Below, piece after piece: positions 23,625 to 34,439 of a stretch of 64,000 nucleotides of DNA. Origin of the DNA: Cladosporium halotolerans (Eukaryota); assembly GCF_011745625.1 (NCBI RefSeq), contig NW_027191452.1, positions 558,001 to 622,000 on the forward strand, given 5' to 3'. How positions within the stretch are numbered: the stretch's first letter is position 1; each line of letters starts with the position of its first letter. The notes below the pieces were generated by a model, which was not told where the DNA came from, did not search any database, and saw only the letters and a program-made list of their open reading frames with translations. The position numbers were made by a program, and so were the translations under genes.

Positions 23625-25428
23625 ATGGCGGTCGGAGCGGGTGCCAAAAACGCGGCCGGGGCTGCTGATCCGGTCCTCACCCAGGCTGTCGAGAACGACC
23701 CTGTGCCATGGTACAAGAAACCAAACCTACGACGCCTCTATTTCATGATGTTCCCAACTTTGATCTTCGTCGAGGTAACCTCAGGCTTCGACAGTCAGCT
23801 AATTAATAGCGCTCAACTTGTGCCATCGTGGAAGGTCTATTTCAACAATCCAGCTGGGGCTCTGCAAGGCATCATCGCAAGCATGTACTCTCTTGGCGCG
23901 ATCTGCTCCCTCCCCTTCGTGCCTTTGATCAACGATCGCCTTGGACGAAGATGGGCAATCATGATCGGGAGCTCTAGTGAGTTATGTTTCTTCCAGAATT
24001 AAGACGTGATCTGACGAATATTCAAGTCATGATCATCGGTGCCGTCATCCAAGGTGCCGCAAACGGCATAGCGATGTACCTGATAGCTCGGTGGCTTTTA
24101 GGCTTTGGCATCCCAATGTGCATTGTTGCCGCATCCTCCCTGCTCGGTGAACTGGGATATCCGAAAGAACGGCCTATCTTGACCTCATTGTTCAACGCTT
24201 CTTACATGATTGGATCAATCTTGGCAGCCGGCATCTCCTTTGGAACGCAGCAAATGTCTGGCAATTGGTATTTGACACAGTATACCAGCCATTTACTACT
24301 TGGCGGCTGATCAAATTTTGTAGGGGCTGGCGCATTCCCTCCCTCTTGCAAGCCGCACCTTCACTTGTTCAGGTCATTTTCATTTTGTAAGCACCCCCGA
24401 GCTCCGCCCACGTTCGAATCCAAACTGACAAGGGCACAGCTTCATTCCGGAGAGTCCGCGATTTCTCATCAGCAAAGACCGCCACGATGAGGCAAGAGCA
24501 ATCCTGCTCAAGTACCACGCCGAAGGTCGGACTGAAGACGTTCTTGTCAACGCTGAGATGGCACAAATCGAAGAGACTATCAGACTTGAGCTCGAAGCGT
24601 CGAAACAGTCTTGGTCAGATATGATCCGCTCCGCCGGAATGCGACGTCGCCTTCTCATCGGCTCTCTCCTTGGACTTTTCACGCAATGGTCTGGTAACAC
24701 CCTGATTTCATACTACCTGGACAAAATCCTGACTCAAGTTGGTTTCACCGACCCTCAGGTGAAGGGTAAACTGAATGTAGGGCTGAATGCTTGGCAACTG
24801 GTGAATGGAGTGATCATAGCATTGATCGTCAAGAAGTTTAAGCGCAGGACCATGTACCTGGTTTGCACCTGCAGCTTGTTAGTCGTATACGCGTCGTGGA
24901 CAGTGACCCAAGAACGCTATCTCTCGACTGGAAGCCTGGCCGCTGGTAATCTTGTGATATTCTGGATGTTTGCTTACTCACCATGCTACAATCTGGGCTA
25001 CAATGCGTTGACCTACACCTTCCTGGTTGAACTATACCCTTTCGCAACGCGCTCTCGTGGTATATCACTGTTCCAGCTTTTTGGCCGTTGCGCTGGCTTC
25101 TTCAACACATTCGTCAATCCGATTGGAATGGAAAACGCAAAATGGAAATACCTGCTATCGTGAGTTTCAGTCAGAGCCCCGCTGTTCCTCGCATACTGAC
25201 ATGGTTAGCTACGTTTGTTTTATCGCATTCGAGATTGTCTGCATCTACTTCTTGTGGCCAGAAACCTCTGGCCGAACCCTTGAGGAGCTTGCATTCTTGT
25301 TTGAAGACAAAGACCTTGCAGAGCAAGCGGCACGGGTAACGGAGAAGCAGCTACATGGTGAGGGAAGCGTATCAGAGCTCAAGGGCGAGACAGGAACTGT
25401 CAGGATTGAGGATAAGTCGGCGGTTTAA
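23625..25428 (+). CDS. MFS sugar porter, lactose permease/cellodextrin transporter-like
   Basis: Four introns. Motifs GFDSQLIN, DRLGRR, ELGYPKERP, W.WRIP, PESPRFL, QWSGN, ELYPFATRSRG and PETSGRTLEEL. Confidence 0.92.
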
Positions 25429-26614
25429 GGTTGTGTCTATGTGGTTGAGTCCGGGCGTGCCTCTCACGATATTAGTATCTTGTTTCCAGATGGTTGAAGG
25501 CCTTACCAATGGCATATCCCCATGTCATCAATACTGCGCCAAGGTTGGAAATTCCAGGGATGGCTTAGACTGCGTACGCTGGGAGATACGAATATGCCAG
25601 GCACTACATGTTGGCAAAGATCATGTCACGAGCTGCTCAATGGGGCGCGAGCTGCACACGGCTGTCTCTGAGTGGGTTAGAAATTGGATGGTTGTACCGA
25701 TGTGGCAAGCGATCCTTCGCGCCCACCACTACTTGACAATATCTGCAACTCAATGATACATGAGAGCCTGGATGATCTACGCCTAATGGTAGGAGTATCA
25801 CGAGACGCAGAGACGCGGATTGCAAGCAACCTAAGAATTGAAGAAATGCACTCTCACCATAGTTGCTTATCAGATCATCCGAGGCCTCCATCAATCGCCC
25901 GCGAGAGCCATGGGCAAGATGGCCTTGTCCGTCACAGCATGCCATCAGGCTTATGGAATCTTCGGGACAACTGAAGCCAGAGTCGCGTACTTTCTTCATG
26001 CGATCCGACCCAGATCGCAGTCTATCAAAAATGTATGTCCGGGTCATACGTTTCGCTGAGAAAATACCTCGTGCACTTGAGACACGCTCATCAAGCATTG
26101 CTTCTTGGAATCCGCGAGGCAGTGCGTCTCGACCAGTCTATACTTCTCGCGCAAGGTGTTGCAAGGGTTAGGGTTGGGGCAGACTGAGAGTATTGGAGCG
26201 CAGCGCTGGTTGGCTCGCCCCAGCAGGCGCTAGTGGTCGTCGCCTCCCGAAGCCCCCCCGCGGAAATTCTATGGGTACCTATAGGTAGGATCATGAGCTT
26301 CCTTGGGGTTATGCCAGGCGTAAGAGATCCCAGACACAACACCGTACCATCACCATATTCGTGATTACCGATGGGGCTGACACCAGCGTAGTAGCCTTTG
26401 TGATAGACGGAGAGTAAAACATGACGCTGGTGTCATGCGTGTAGCGTCGATCTTACCAGCATCGTTGGACGGTTGCTCAGTTTGTTACTGACCGCTGGGA
26501 ATATTCAGATCGAACAGACTATGTGATGAGTGAGGATATTTTGCTTTAACCGAAGTGCGACTCTTACACTGTATACATATTATGCATCGATCCAGCGAAC
26601 GAAGCTACAGTACT

Positions 26615-28929
26615 TCAGTGAGAAGGTGGCTCCAACAGATCCGCAAACTCGCCCCGACCAATGGCGCCCTCTTGCCAATCGCGCACGAACGCCTCAACCT
26701 TCTTCGTCATACCCTCAACGTTGAAACCAAAGTAGTCGTAGATATACTTGCCCGGCAAGCTGTGGCCGAAGCTGCGCATGTTCAAGCCCGCATCCGCATA
26801 CCTCTCCCACCCCAAGCTCACGTACGGCTCGATGACGACGGCGGGGATATTCTCGTTCCGGCGCAGCACCTCACGCTGATACTGCTTGCTCTGCAGCTGG
26901 AACAGGGCGTGCGAGGGGAAGCTGACAACGCGGGCCTTGATGGGCAGAGCCTCGGCAACCTTGACGGCGAAGTGCAGTTCGGCGCCAACCGAGATGAGCG
27001 TGACGGCCGCGTCCTTCTCCTCCCTGACAACGTACGCGCCCTTCTTCACGCCCTCGCGCTTCGTCACGCCCGTCTGCGGCAGCGCGTGCCGGCTGACGGA
27101 GATCATGCTCGGGCCCTGCTTGTAGTTCACCGCGGCCTCCCACGCGCCGGCAACTTCCTCACTGTCGGCGGGGCGGATGTAGTGCATGTTGGGCATTGCG
27201 CGGTAGAGAGCGGCGAGCTCTACGGGCTGGTGCGTGGGGCCGTCTTCGCCGGCGCCGATGGAGTCGTGGGTTGCGACGTGGATAACGGGGATCTTTTGGA
27301 GAGCTCCCATGCGGACGGCGGGGGCGGCGTAGAGGTAGAACATGAAGAATGAAGAGGTGATTGGGATGATGGTACCTGGGTTGTAGGCTGCAAGGCCGTT
27401 CGCGATGGCTGCCATGACGTGCTCGCGGATGCCGTAGTGGATGTATCGGCCCTTGTAGCTGCCAACTGAACCGCCTGGAATGACGTTAACCCTGATATTA
27501 ACATAAAAAGAGCAGGAAGCCTTTACTCACTGATTGGCTTGAGGTCCGGTGGGTTGAAGATCTCGTAGTTCTTGTAAGTGAGGTTGACTGAAGGAGTGAG
27601 GTCGGCGGTTCCAACCATGAAGGTGTTGATTTGCTCGACAATATCCTTCATCACATAGTTGTTGCTCTTTCTGGTGGGTGTGTTCTCAGTCGGGAAGCTT
27701 GAAGGAATGAGCTTGTTCCAGTCGGCAGGGAGTCTGCCTTCGACACGGGCCTGGAACTCTGCGCCGAGTTCAGGATGGGCCTGCTGGTACTTCTCCACTA
27801 GCTGATTCCATTCCGACACCCAACGATCGCCACGAGCGGGAATATCTGCGTAGAACTCCTTGACCTTTTCAGGGATGTAATATTTCTTGGAGGGGTCCCA
27901 TCCGTACGCCTTCTTCATGTCGGCGACGTTGTCGGTTCCCAGCGGCGCACCGTGAGAAGCTGCCTGACCGGCCTTTGCACTGCCGACGCCAATAATGCTG
28001 CGGACGTTGATGAACAGCGGCTTGGTACGGTTGGGGTCGCGACCCTTCTCCATGGCGGCGACGATGCCATCTACATCGTTGATACCGTCCTCAACGTCAA
28101 TAATCTCCCATCCGCATGCCTCCATCTTTTTGTTGACATCCTCAGTATTGGTCAAGTCGACGCTACCGTCGCAGGTGATTTGGTTGTTGTCGTAGATGCA
28201 CTGTAAATGTCAGTAGGGTCACTCTACTCACTCGCATGGTTTGAAGCTTACAGTAAGGTTCGTCAACTTGAGATGACCAGCATACGAGAAGGCCTCGCAT
28301 CCAACGCCCTCTTGCATGCAAGCATCACCAACTGTGACCCAGATGTGGTTGTTGACCACGTCGTAGCCAGGGCGGTTGTATGTCGCGGCCAAGTGCTTGG
28401 AAGCCATTGCCAATCCAACAGCGTTTGCTATTCCTTGACCAAGGGGACCGGTGGTGAGCTCAATGCCCTCATGTTCGATCTCAGGGTGGCCTGGGCACAG
28501 GGAATCAGGCCTTTCTGAGTGATATGACAAAAGCTGCTCCCAGGTCATTGCCTTATAGCCAGAAAGATAGTGGTTGCAATACTGGAAAAGACAAGCGTGA
28601 CCGTTCGATAGCACGAAACGGTCTCGGTTAAACCAATTCGGCTGATGAGGCGCGTACTTCATTGTGTACTTCCAGAGAGCCACACCCATGGCTGCCATGC
28701 CGATTGCTGATCCTGGGTGACCCATGTTGAACTGCTCGCAAAGATCCGCAATCAAAATGCGGAAGTTCTGAAGCACCAACTGGATCTCATCTTGACTCGT
28801 GCCTTTGCCGGAGGGCGCACTTGGCTTGTGTTCGCTCTTGAGAATGCCGTTTGTCATGTTCTCACCATACTTGGTGGATTGCACAGGTCTCTGGACCTCT
28901 GCTGCAGCCATTTTGCGTTTGGTGGGCAT
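26615..28929 (-). CDS. Transketolase family, dihydroxyacetone-synthase-like paralog
   Basis: GHPGSAIG, NRDRFVLSNGH, TGPLGQG and TPP motif GDACMQEG...YDNN (across an intron at ~28201-28251). YGIREH and THDSIGAGEDGPTHQP; second intron at ~27475-27530. The exact start Met is uncertain. Confidence 0.92.
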
Positions 28930-30115
28930 TCGAGTGATATGTGAAGAAAGAAGCCAGCCGCTACTAGAAAGGAAAGTTGCAGTGAAAAGTGTCTAGGCAA
29001 GTAAATAGTAATGAAGAGGAGCGAAAGGCGTGTACTTGACCCCCCCAATCTTTATGATGCCTCGTAATGAGGACATTGAGCCTCCGGTCCCGCAGAAATA
29101 TGTTGACATGACGCTTATTACCGAAAAGTGGCTGCCATTTTGGCGCATGGGGGGGTACCTCTTTGCTGCCGAAGCAGAGCTTCGATTTACCTGTTGGAGG
29201 TCTGTAAGTGCAGAAGGCGGGGCGCGCCCAAACGCGTGCATGCATGGCTCGGGGCGTTGTTCCGGGCGGATGATGTAGTTCGAAGGGAGTTTGAGGCTCC
29301 GGTTGCTCTCTAGGGTCGAAAGTCAGTGGTTCGACCTTCCTTTCCCCGCTTTCGCCACGGGTCCCTCGCTGAAGTGTCCGCTGTACAACCAGGCCCGCCA
29401 GAACACTTTGTTCGATCGAAACAGTTGTAAATGCTAAAATATACATTACTCACACGATCGTGAGCCTCCACATGAACGTTGTTTCCCAACATGCTGAAAC
29501 CGATATCGCAGCGGTGGTTGTTCATATGAGTGACATTTCGTCAGACGCAAATAGGCCCCACGGTCAGAATACCAAACCGGTTTCGCGACTTGAAGTATGC
29601 AATGCCAGTGCATGTAGATGTCAGAGTCGCCGTAGGATTCTGAACTTTCGTGATACAATGAAGAACTCTTGATATCCTCGACACAGCGCGAATTGAGATG
29701 CCATCTCACGAATCCATGTTGCTGCAAATGGCTTGCGGAGGTCACGAGACGGGGGCATCTCTGAAGAGCTCATTTACATGGGAGGCAATCATAAAACACC
29801 TGAAAAAGTCAGGAGGCAGCATTGCAGACCCATCACACTGCCTATCGTCCGTGATGTGAGTCTGGTGGAGTTGTACAGTTCGACAGCCATGAGGCAGCCC
29901 GTGGAAGCCTGAGGAATCAGGCTGACAAAACGCGGGCCGAGTCTCCCGCAACGCCGACGGCTCGAAGTCCAACATCCGCGTCGCGACTGCCTCGCTTGAT
30001 GGTGATCAAGCCACCACACCAACCTTTGCCCGCTCCAACAACATCGGCGTGAGGCGCATTCCTCTCCTCCACTCGACAAAAGTCATCGCCCCCTAGCAAA
30101 CCTCTTCACGACATC

Positions 30116-30736
30116 ATGGCCAACTATCTCGCCTCCATCTTCGGTACCGAGCAGGACAAGGTCAACTGCTCCTTCTACTACAAAATCGGCGCGTGCCGCC
30201 ACGGCGACCGCTGCTCGCGCAAGCACGTCAAGCCTTCCTACAGCCAGACCATCCTCCTTCCGAATCTCTACCAGAACCCCGCCTACGATGGCAAGTCGCG
30301 CATGACGCCCGCGCAGCTCCAGAACAACTTCGACGCTTTCTACGAGGACTTTTGGTGTGAGATGTGCAAGTTCGGCGAGCTCGAAGAGGTGGTAGTGTGC
30401 GACAACAACAACGATCACTTGATCGGAAACGTGTACGCGCGCTTCAAGTATGAGGATTCCGCCCAGGCCGCGAGCGAGAGCTTGAACAGCAGGTGGTACG
30501 CAGGAAGGCCCGTCTACGCCGAGCTCAGTCCTGTCACCGACTTCCGCGAGGCTTGCTGCAGGCTCAACAGTGGCGAAGGATGCGTGCGCGGCGGATTCTG
30601 CAACTTCATCCATCGCAAGGAGCCGTCCCCCGAGCTTGAGAGAGAACTGGAGCTTTCGACGAAGAAGTGGCTGCGCGAGCGCGGTAGGGACCCGCGCAGT
30701 GTCAGCAGGAGCCCGACTCCGGAGAGACCAAGGTAG
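30116..30736 (+). CDS. U2AF1: Splicing factor U2AF small subunit (U2AF23/U2AF35)
   Basis: MANYLASIFGTEQDKVNCSFYYKIGACRHGDRCSRKH: ZnF-UHM-ZnF architecture with a short RS-like tail. Possible spliced extension to 30884 (see findings). Confidence 0.96.
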   Translation: MANYLASIFGTEQDKVNCSFYYKIGACRHGDRCSRKHVKPSYSQTILLPNLYQNPAYDGKSRMTPAQLQNNFDAFYEDFWCEMCKFGELEEVVVCDNNNDHLIGNVYARFKYEDSAQAASESLNSRWYAGRPVYAELSPVTDFREACCRLNSGEGCVRGGFCNFIHRKEPSPELERELELSTKKWLRERGRDPRSVSRSPTPERPR

Positions 30737-31564
30737 TAGGCTCGCCTATAATGACTATCCTGCCCTTCCTCAAGCTACATCTCTTCACAATCCACCAAAC
30801 CGCTTCACCGGACTATTGACATCTATTATCAGTGTTGTCGTCAATCCTGACGAGATCATTCTTGATCTTTCTGAGATCGAGTGAGTGCGGATTCCTCTTC
30901 CGGACACTAAAGCCACGGACGGCTAGAGGGACTTCTGGGGGGAGGGACATGATGGGCAGCGGCCGACCACGACAAAGAAGCACATGCATCACCCCATCGA
31001 GCCAGTGAATGAGTCATGGGAATGAGCTGCAAGAAATGTCCTCAGGAATCGCATCGCATCGAAGCGAATGATACCCAACACAAAACAGGATTCAAGCGAG
31101 GCGTAACGGTTAGGAATTACTGGGAATCCATGGGAATTACGTGTACATTAGCAAGTTGAAATCCCAGCCGGAAAGGTTTTCAAATTCATGATCTCCCATA
31201 CTTAAATGCAATTGTGACACCCGCTTCTTCAAAGTTGTATTATGTTATCTACATCGAGCGTGGGACTCCAATTGGATTGGTAGAACGGCTTTACAATCCT
31301 TTCTGATATAAGTCAGTACTTCGAGCAAGATTGCATACATCCCCAAAACTCATGTTTTGCCCAACGCGACTGTCATGCCACTGACATTCAGATAAATGAT
31401 GTTGCTTCAAATACTAGCTATGCAAGGCCCTTTGCTTGCGCCAAATCATGGTATCGTAGAATCTATACAAAAAGCATCACCCCATAGCGCCCGTCTAGTC
31501 TCGAACCGGCCTGTAATGGAGCCGGCTCCTCGAGAAATGCAACCAAGGACAAAGCAGACTCCAA

Positions 31565-31918
31565 TCACGAGGACGACGCATCCGCCATCTTATCGCCGCC
31601 GCTGTGCCCGATATTACTCAACACGCCGCTCTCAACCAGCCAGATGATGACGGCGACGACGGCCGCAACGAACAGCAGAAAGACGATCCAGAAGCCCCAG
31701 CAGACGCGCGCGCGGTTCTTCTTTTTGCTCTGTTGGCGCGCGAGCCAGGAATCACTGCGGCTTTGTTAGCAACAACGTTTTGAAGGGAGCTGGCCCTCGC
31801 GGAGGATATTGGTCACGTACGAGTCATGCTGCGGTCCAAGTTTCTCGCCCTTCTCTTCGTCGAGGTGGACGGCGTACGAGAAGCGCTTCCAGAAAGCCGG
31901 GTCACGAACGCCGGCCAT
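31565..31918 (-). CDS. 95-aa single-pass (tail-anchored-like) membrane microprotein, absent from the ORF track
   Basis: AAAATGG start at 31918; intron 31820-31755 (GTACGT...GCTAAC...CAG). Product MAGVRDPAFWKRFSYAVHLDEEKGEKLGPQHDS|DSWLARQQSKKKNRARVCWGFWIVFLLFVAAVVAVIIWLVESG...SSS*. Confidence 0.8.
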
Positions 31919-32876
31919 TTTGTTGTGAAGTGCTGGTAGATTTGTTCAAAGACCAGTGTGATAGGATGTGGTTTCGCGCCGGTTGATAGCACCAGGATGT
32001 GAAGCCTTGAGTGGTGAGATGGACCGATGTTGATCGCGTATGACCTGATTGGTAGGTGGTGGTATCCCAAGGCGGGCGCTGGAATGCGGGCTGGAAGGTA
32101 GGGCTGACGGACGCTGGACTCGTGACTGAACGTTGTATTGAAGGAATGTGATTTGTTTGAACGAGCGACAGATCTGCTTTGAAGGAGTGACAGCGCCAAC
32201 GATCTAGGCGAGAAAGGAGCAGTGTACGCCAGGTGCAGCGGAGTCGAATGAAGTCAAGGCGAAGTCGAGGCCGAGACTGGAAGACAAGAAACACAACCTA
32301 CATGGACAAGCCTCGACCAGACCGGAGGCTCAACGGGTGGGATGCGGGCATGAATAGTACGCCACACAACGGCTAGGATCATGGCTGATTCGCCGTCGCC
32401 AAAAGAGAGCTCGCCGGGTCTCCAGTCTGGTAATTTAATGTACATGAATAGTTCGTTGCGCTAAGGGGGCGATGGGATCCGCTCATTGGCCCGCGACGTT
32501 GGCAGCTGTGAAGACGGAGATTGGCTTGACTCGGCCTTGGACTTGGCCTTGACGCGGCTTGGCCTAGCTTGAAGAAGGCCGGTTTGAAGATGCGCGCCTT
32601 AAGGGGTTTGGTATCAGGACTGCCGCTCTTGGAGATGGCACATCACGAGTCAGAGGTTTGCGCATCACTCGGGTCGATTTCTCTTCAGCAGGCTGATCGT
32701 GGAAACATGACACGCTAGTGGAGTAAAATACATAAACGACGATTGATGCTTCTCGCGCATCCAAATTCCTTACCAACGCCTTCGCTAAACTGTCAAATTT
32801 GTACCGCTGCACCGACGTTATTACTCCGACGTTGCACCTTCGAAACGTCGCGAACGTCAAACAACCGTGGCAATCC

Positions 32877-33971
32877 TCATGCCTTGAGCCACTGTTCGAA
32901 GTAGACACAATTCCCCGCGTTGATCGGGCCGCCGGGAGCACAGAGGTCGAAGACGGGACACCTTCCGCATGGTGCTTCGGTAAGGCCATTGCCGACAATC
33001 TCTTCGATACCGTCGGCGTCGTAGGACCCAGGAGGCCTGAACTTGACGCCCATGACCGTGCGATAGCCATTGCCAACCTTTTCGAGTTTCTCGTCCCAGA
33101 CCAGCACATTGAGTATTTCCTGAACCTCTCGAATAGTGATTGAAGCAGCTTTCGACTCTCGGATCGCGTTGGAGTTGGTAATGAAACTGTGAATGCTGTC
33201 TGCAGTTGGATAGCCGCGGCTGCCGGCTGGGAAAGCCACTTGAGTGATGACAGGCTCGGGTTGTCTGCGCTTGTTTGGAGCCGCCGCGTCGTCGCCTGTA
33301 GTCGAATCGCGCTTGCGCTTTGTCCCAGCTTTTCCTCCGTCCTCCGCGTCCACATCCACGGGCGAGGTATTGCGATCGTGTCTAGACCGTGTAGGCTTGA
33401 CTTCTACCCAGCTCTGGCTGCGCACGTGGAAAACGATCAAATTGCCCAGCTCTTCCACAAGTCCCTCGTCAAGGTCGCCTGAGTCGAAGAAACTACCTCC
33501 AGTGACATCCTCGGCGGGCGCGAGATGAAAGAGCATGTAGATCCGCTGCGCAGGCGACTTGACGCTCTTTATGCTCTTGATCAATTGGCTCGACTCCAGC
33601 TTCTTGATGATCTTGTTCACATTTCCTGGCGCAACACCTGTATTCTGCTTCAACCTTTTCAACCATATTCCCGTAGTCTCAGAGTTCTCAATCGCCTCGT
33701 AGATGAGCCTTTCGTCATTGTCGAGGTTTGAAAGCGAGGCCGCGACCTCTTTTGATCTCGGAGCCCAGTAAAGCGTGCGCTCGGCTTTGAGGGTGCGGAA
33801 AAGCTGATGTTGCACAAGCTCTTGCACGATTCGGATGAGTTCACCAGGCTCCTGGATGCCGCTGAGCTTCATAAGCTCCTGCTGGGCATATGACTTGACG
33901 CCCTCCGAGCCTTTCGCATTTGCGAAGGTCGCTTCGTGGAGGCTGCTCGCCTCGGGGGAGAGCTTCGACAT
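32877..33971 (-). CDS. RPC34: RNA polymerase III subunit C34 (RPC6)
   Basis: Winged-helix region GIWLKRLK...KKLESSQLIKSIKSVK, DVTGGSFFDSGDLD, and C-terminal Fe-S motif APCGRCPVFDLC...NCVYFEQWL. Confidence 0.93.
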   Translation of the reverse strand: MSKLSPEASSLHEATFANAKGSEGVKSYAQQELMKLSGIQEPGELIRIVQELVQHQLFRTLKAERTLYWAPRSKEVAASLSNLDNDERLIYEAIENSETTGIWLKRLKQNTGVAPGNVNKIIKKLESSQLIKSIKSVKSPAQRIYMLFHLAPAEDVTGGSFFDSGDLDEGLVEELGNLIVFHVRSQSWVEVKPTRSRHDRNTSPVDVDAEDGGKAGTKRKRDSTTGDDAAAPNKRRQPEPVITQVAFPAGSRGYPTADSIHSFITNSNAIRESKAASITIREVQEILNVLVWDEKLEKVGNGYRTVMGVKFRPPGSYDADGIEEIVGNGLTEAPCGRCPVFDLCAPGGPINAGNCVYFEQWLKA

Positions 33972-34439
33972 GGCGGCGATGTGGTGTGCAATGTCGGCCG
34001 TGCAATTGTGACTATCCGCTCATATTTCTCTGTCCACAACAGTCGCGCAAGTTTGTCCGAGCTAGCGAAAGTCGCCGCGACTGTGTGTGTCACTGGTGTG
34101 GTTTGTCGCGCATCTTCTCAAAAAGTTACCAACCCCGCCGCATGACTTCGAGGCTTGCCGACGGTGCCAAGCATTTTGCCGCCTGAGGCTAACATCTTGG
34201 GAGGCGATATCTCAGGTTCACGCCACTACATATAACGATACATCCGCGTAACGATAGTTTGCGCTGAGGCGGCAGCTTGAACATGATCAACGAGACTATC
34301 GATGATCATAAACGTACCCATTAGGTGCTCAATTGCAGGTGGTATCTTGGAACGCCGCGCTAATCCTCATGATCTATATCTCGTCAACTTTCATTTCCCA
34401 ACTCGAGTCTGGGAGACAAAGCAAATTTCTCCAAACTTT

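Noticed and set aside
24412..24421. GTTCGAATCC tRNA T-loop/B-box-like motif
   Set aside because: It lies inside a short intron of the sugar porter with no cloverleaf or A-box.
25430..26600. Several 70-150 aa ORFs between the sugar porter and transketolase; possible pseudogene
   Set aside because: No recognisable motif, codon bias or consistent splice model. A TBLASTX search would be needed.
15250..26600. Lower-GC block suggesting a horizontally acquired island
   Set aside because: The genes have normal fungal introns, similar composition occurs in NUP188 and the histidine kinase, and no mobility genes or boundary repeats were seen.
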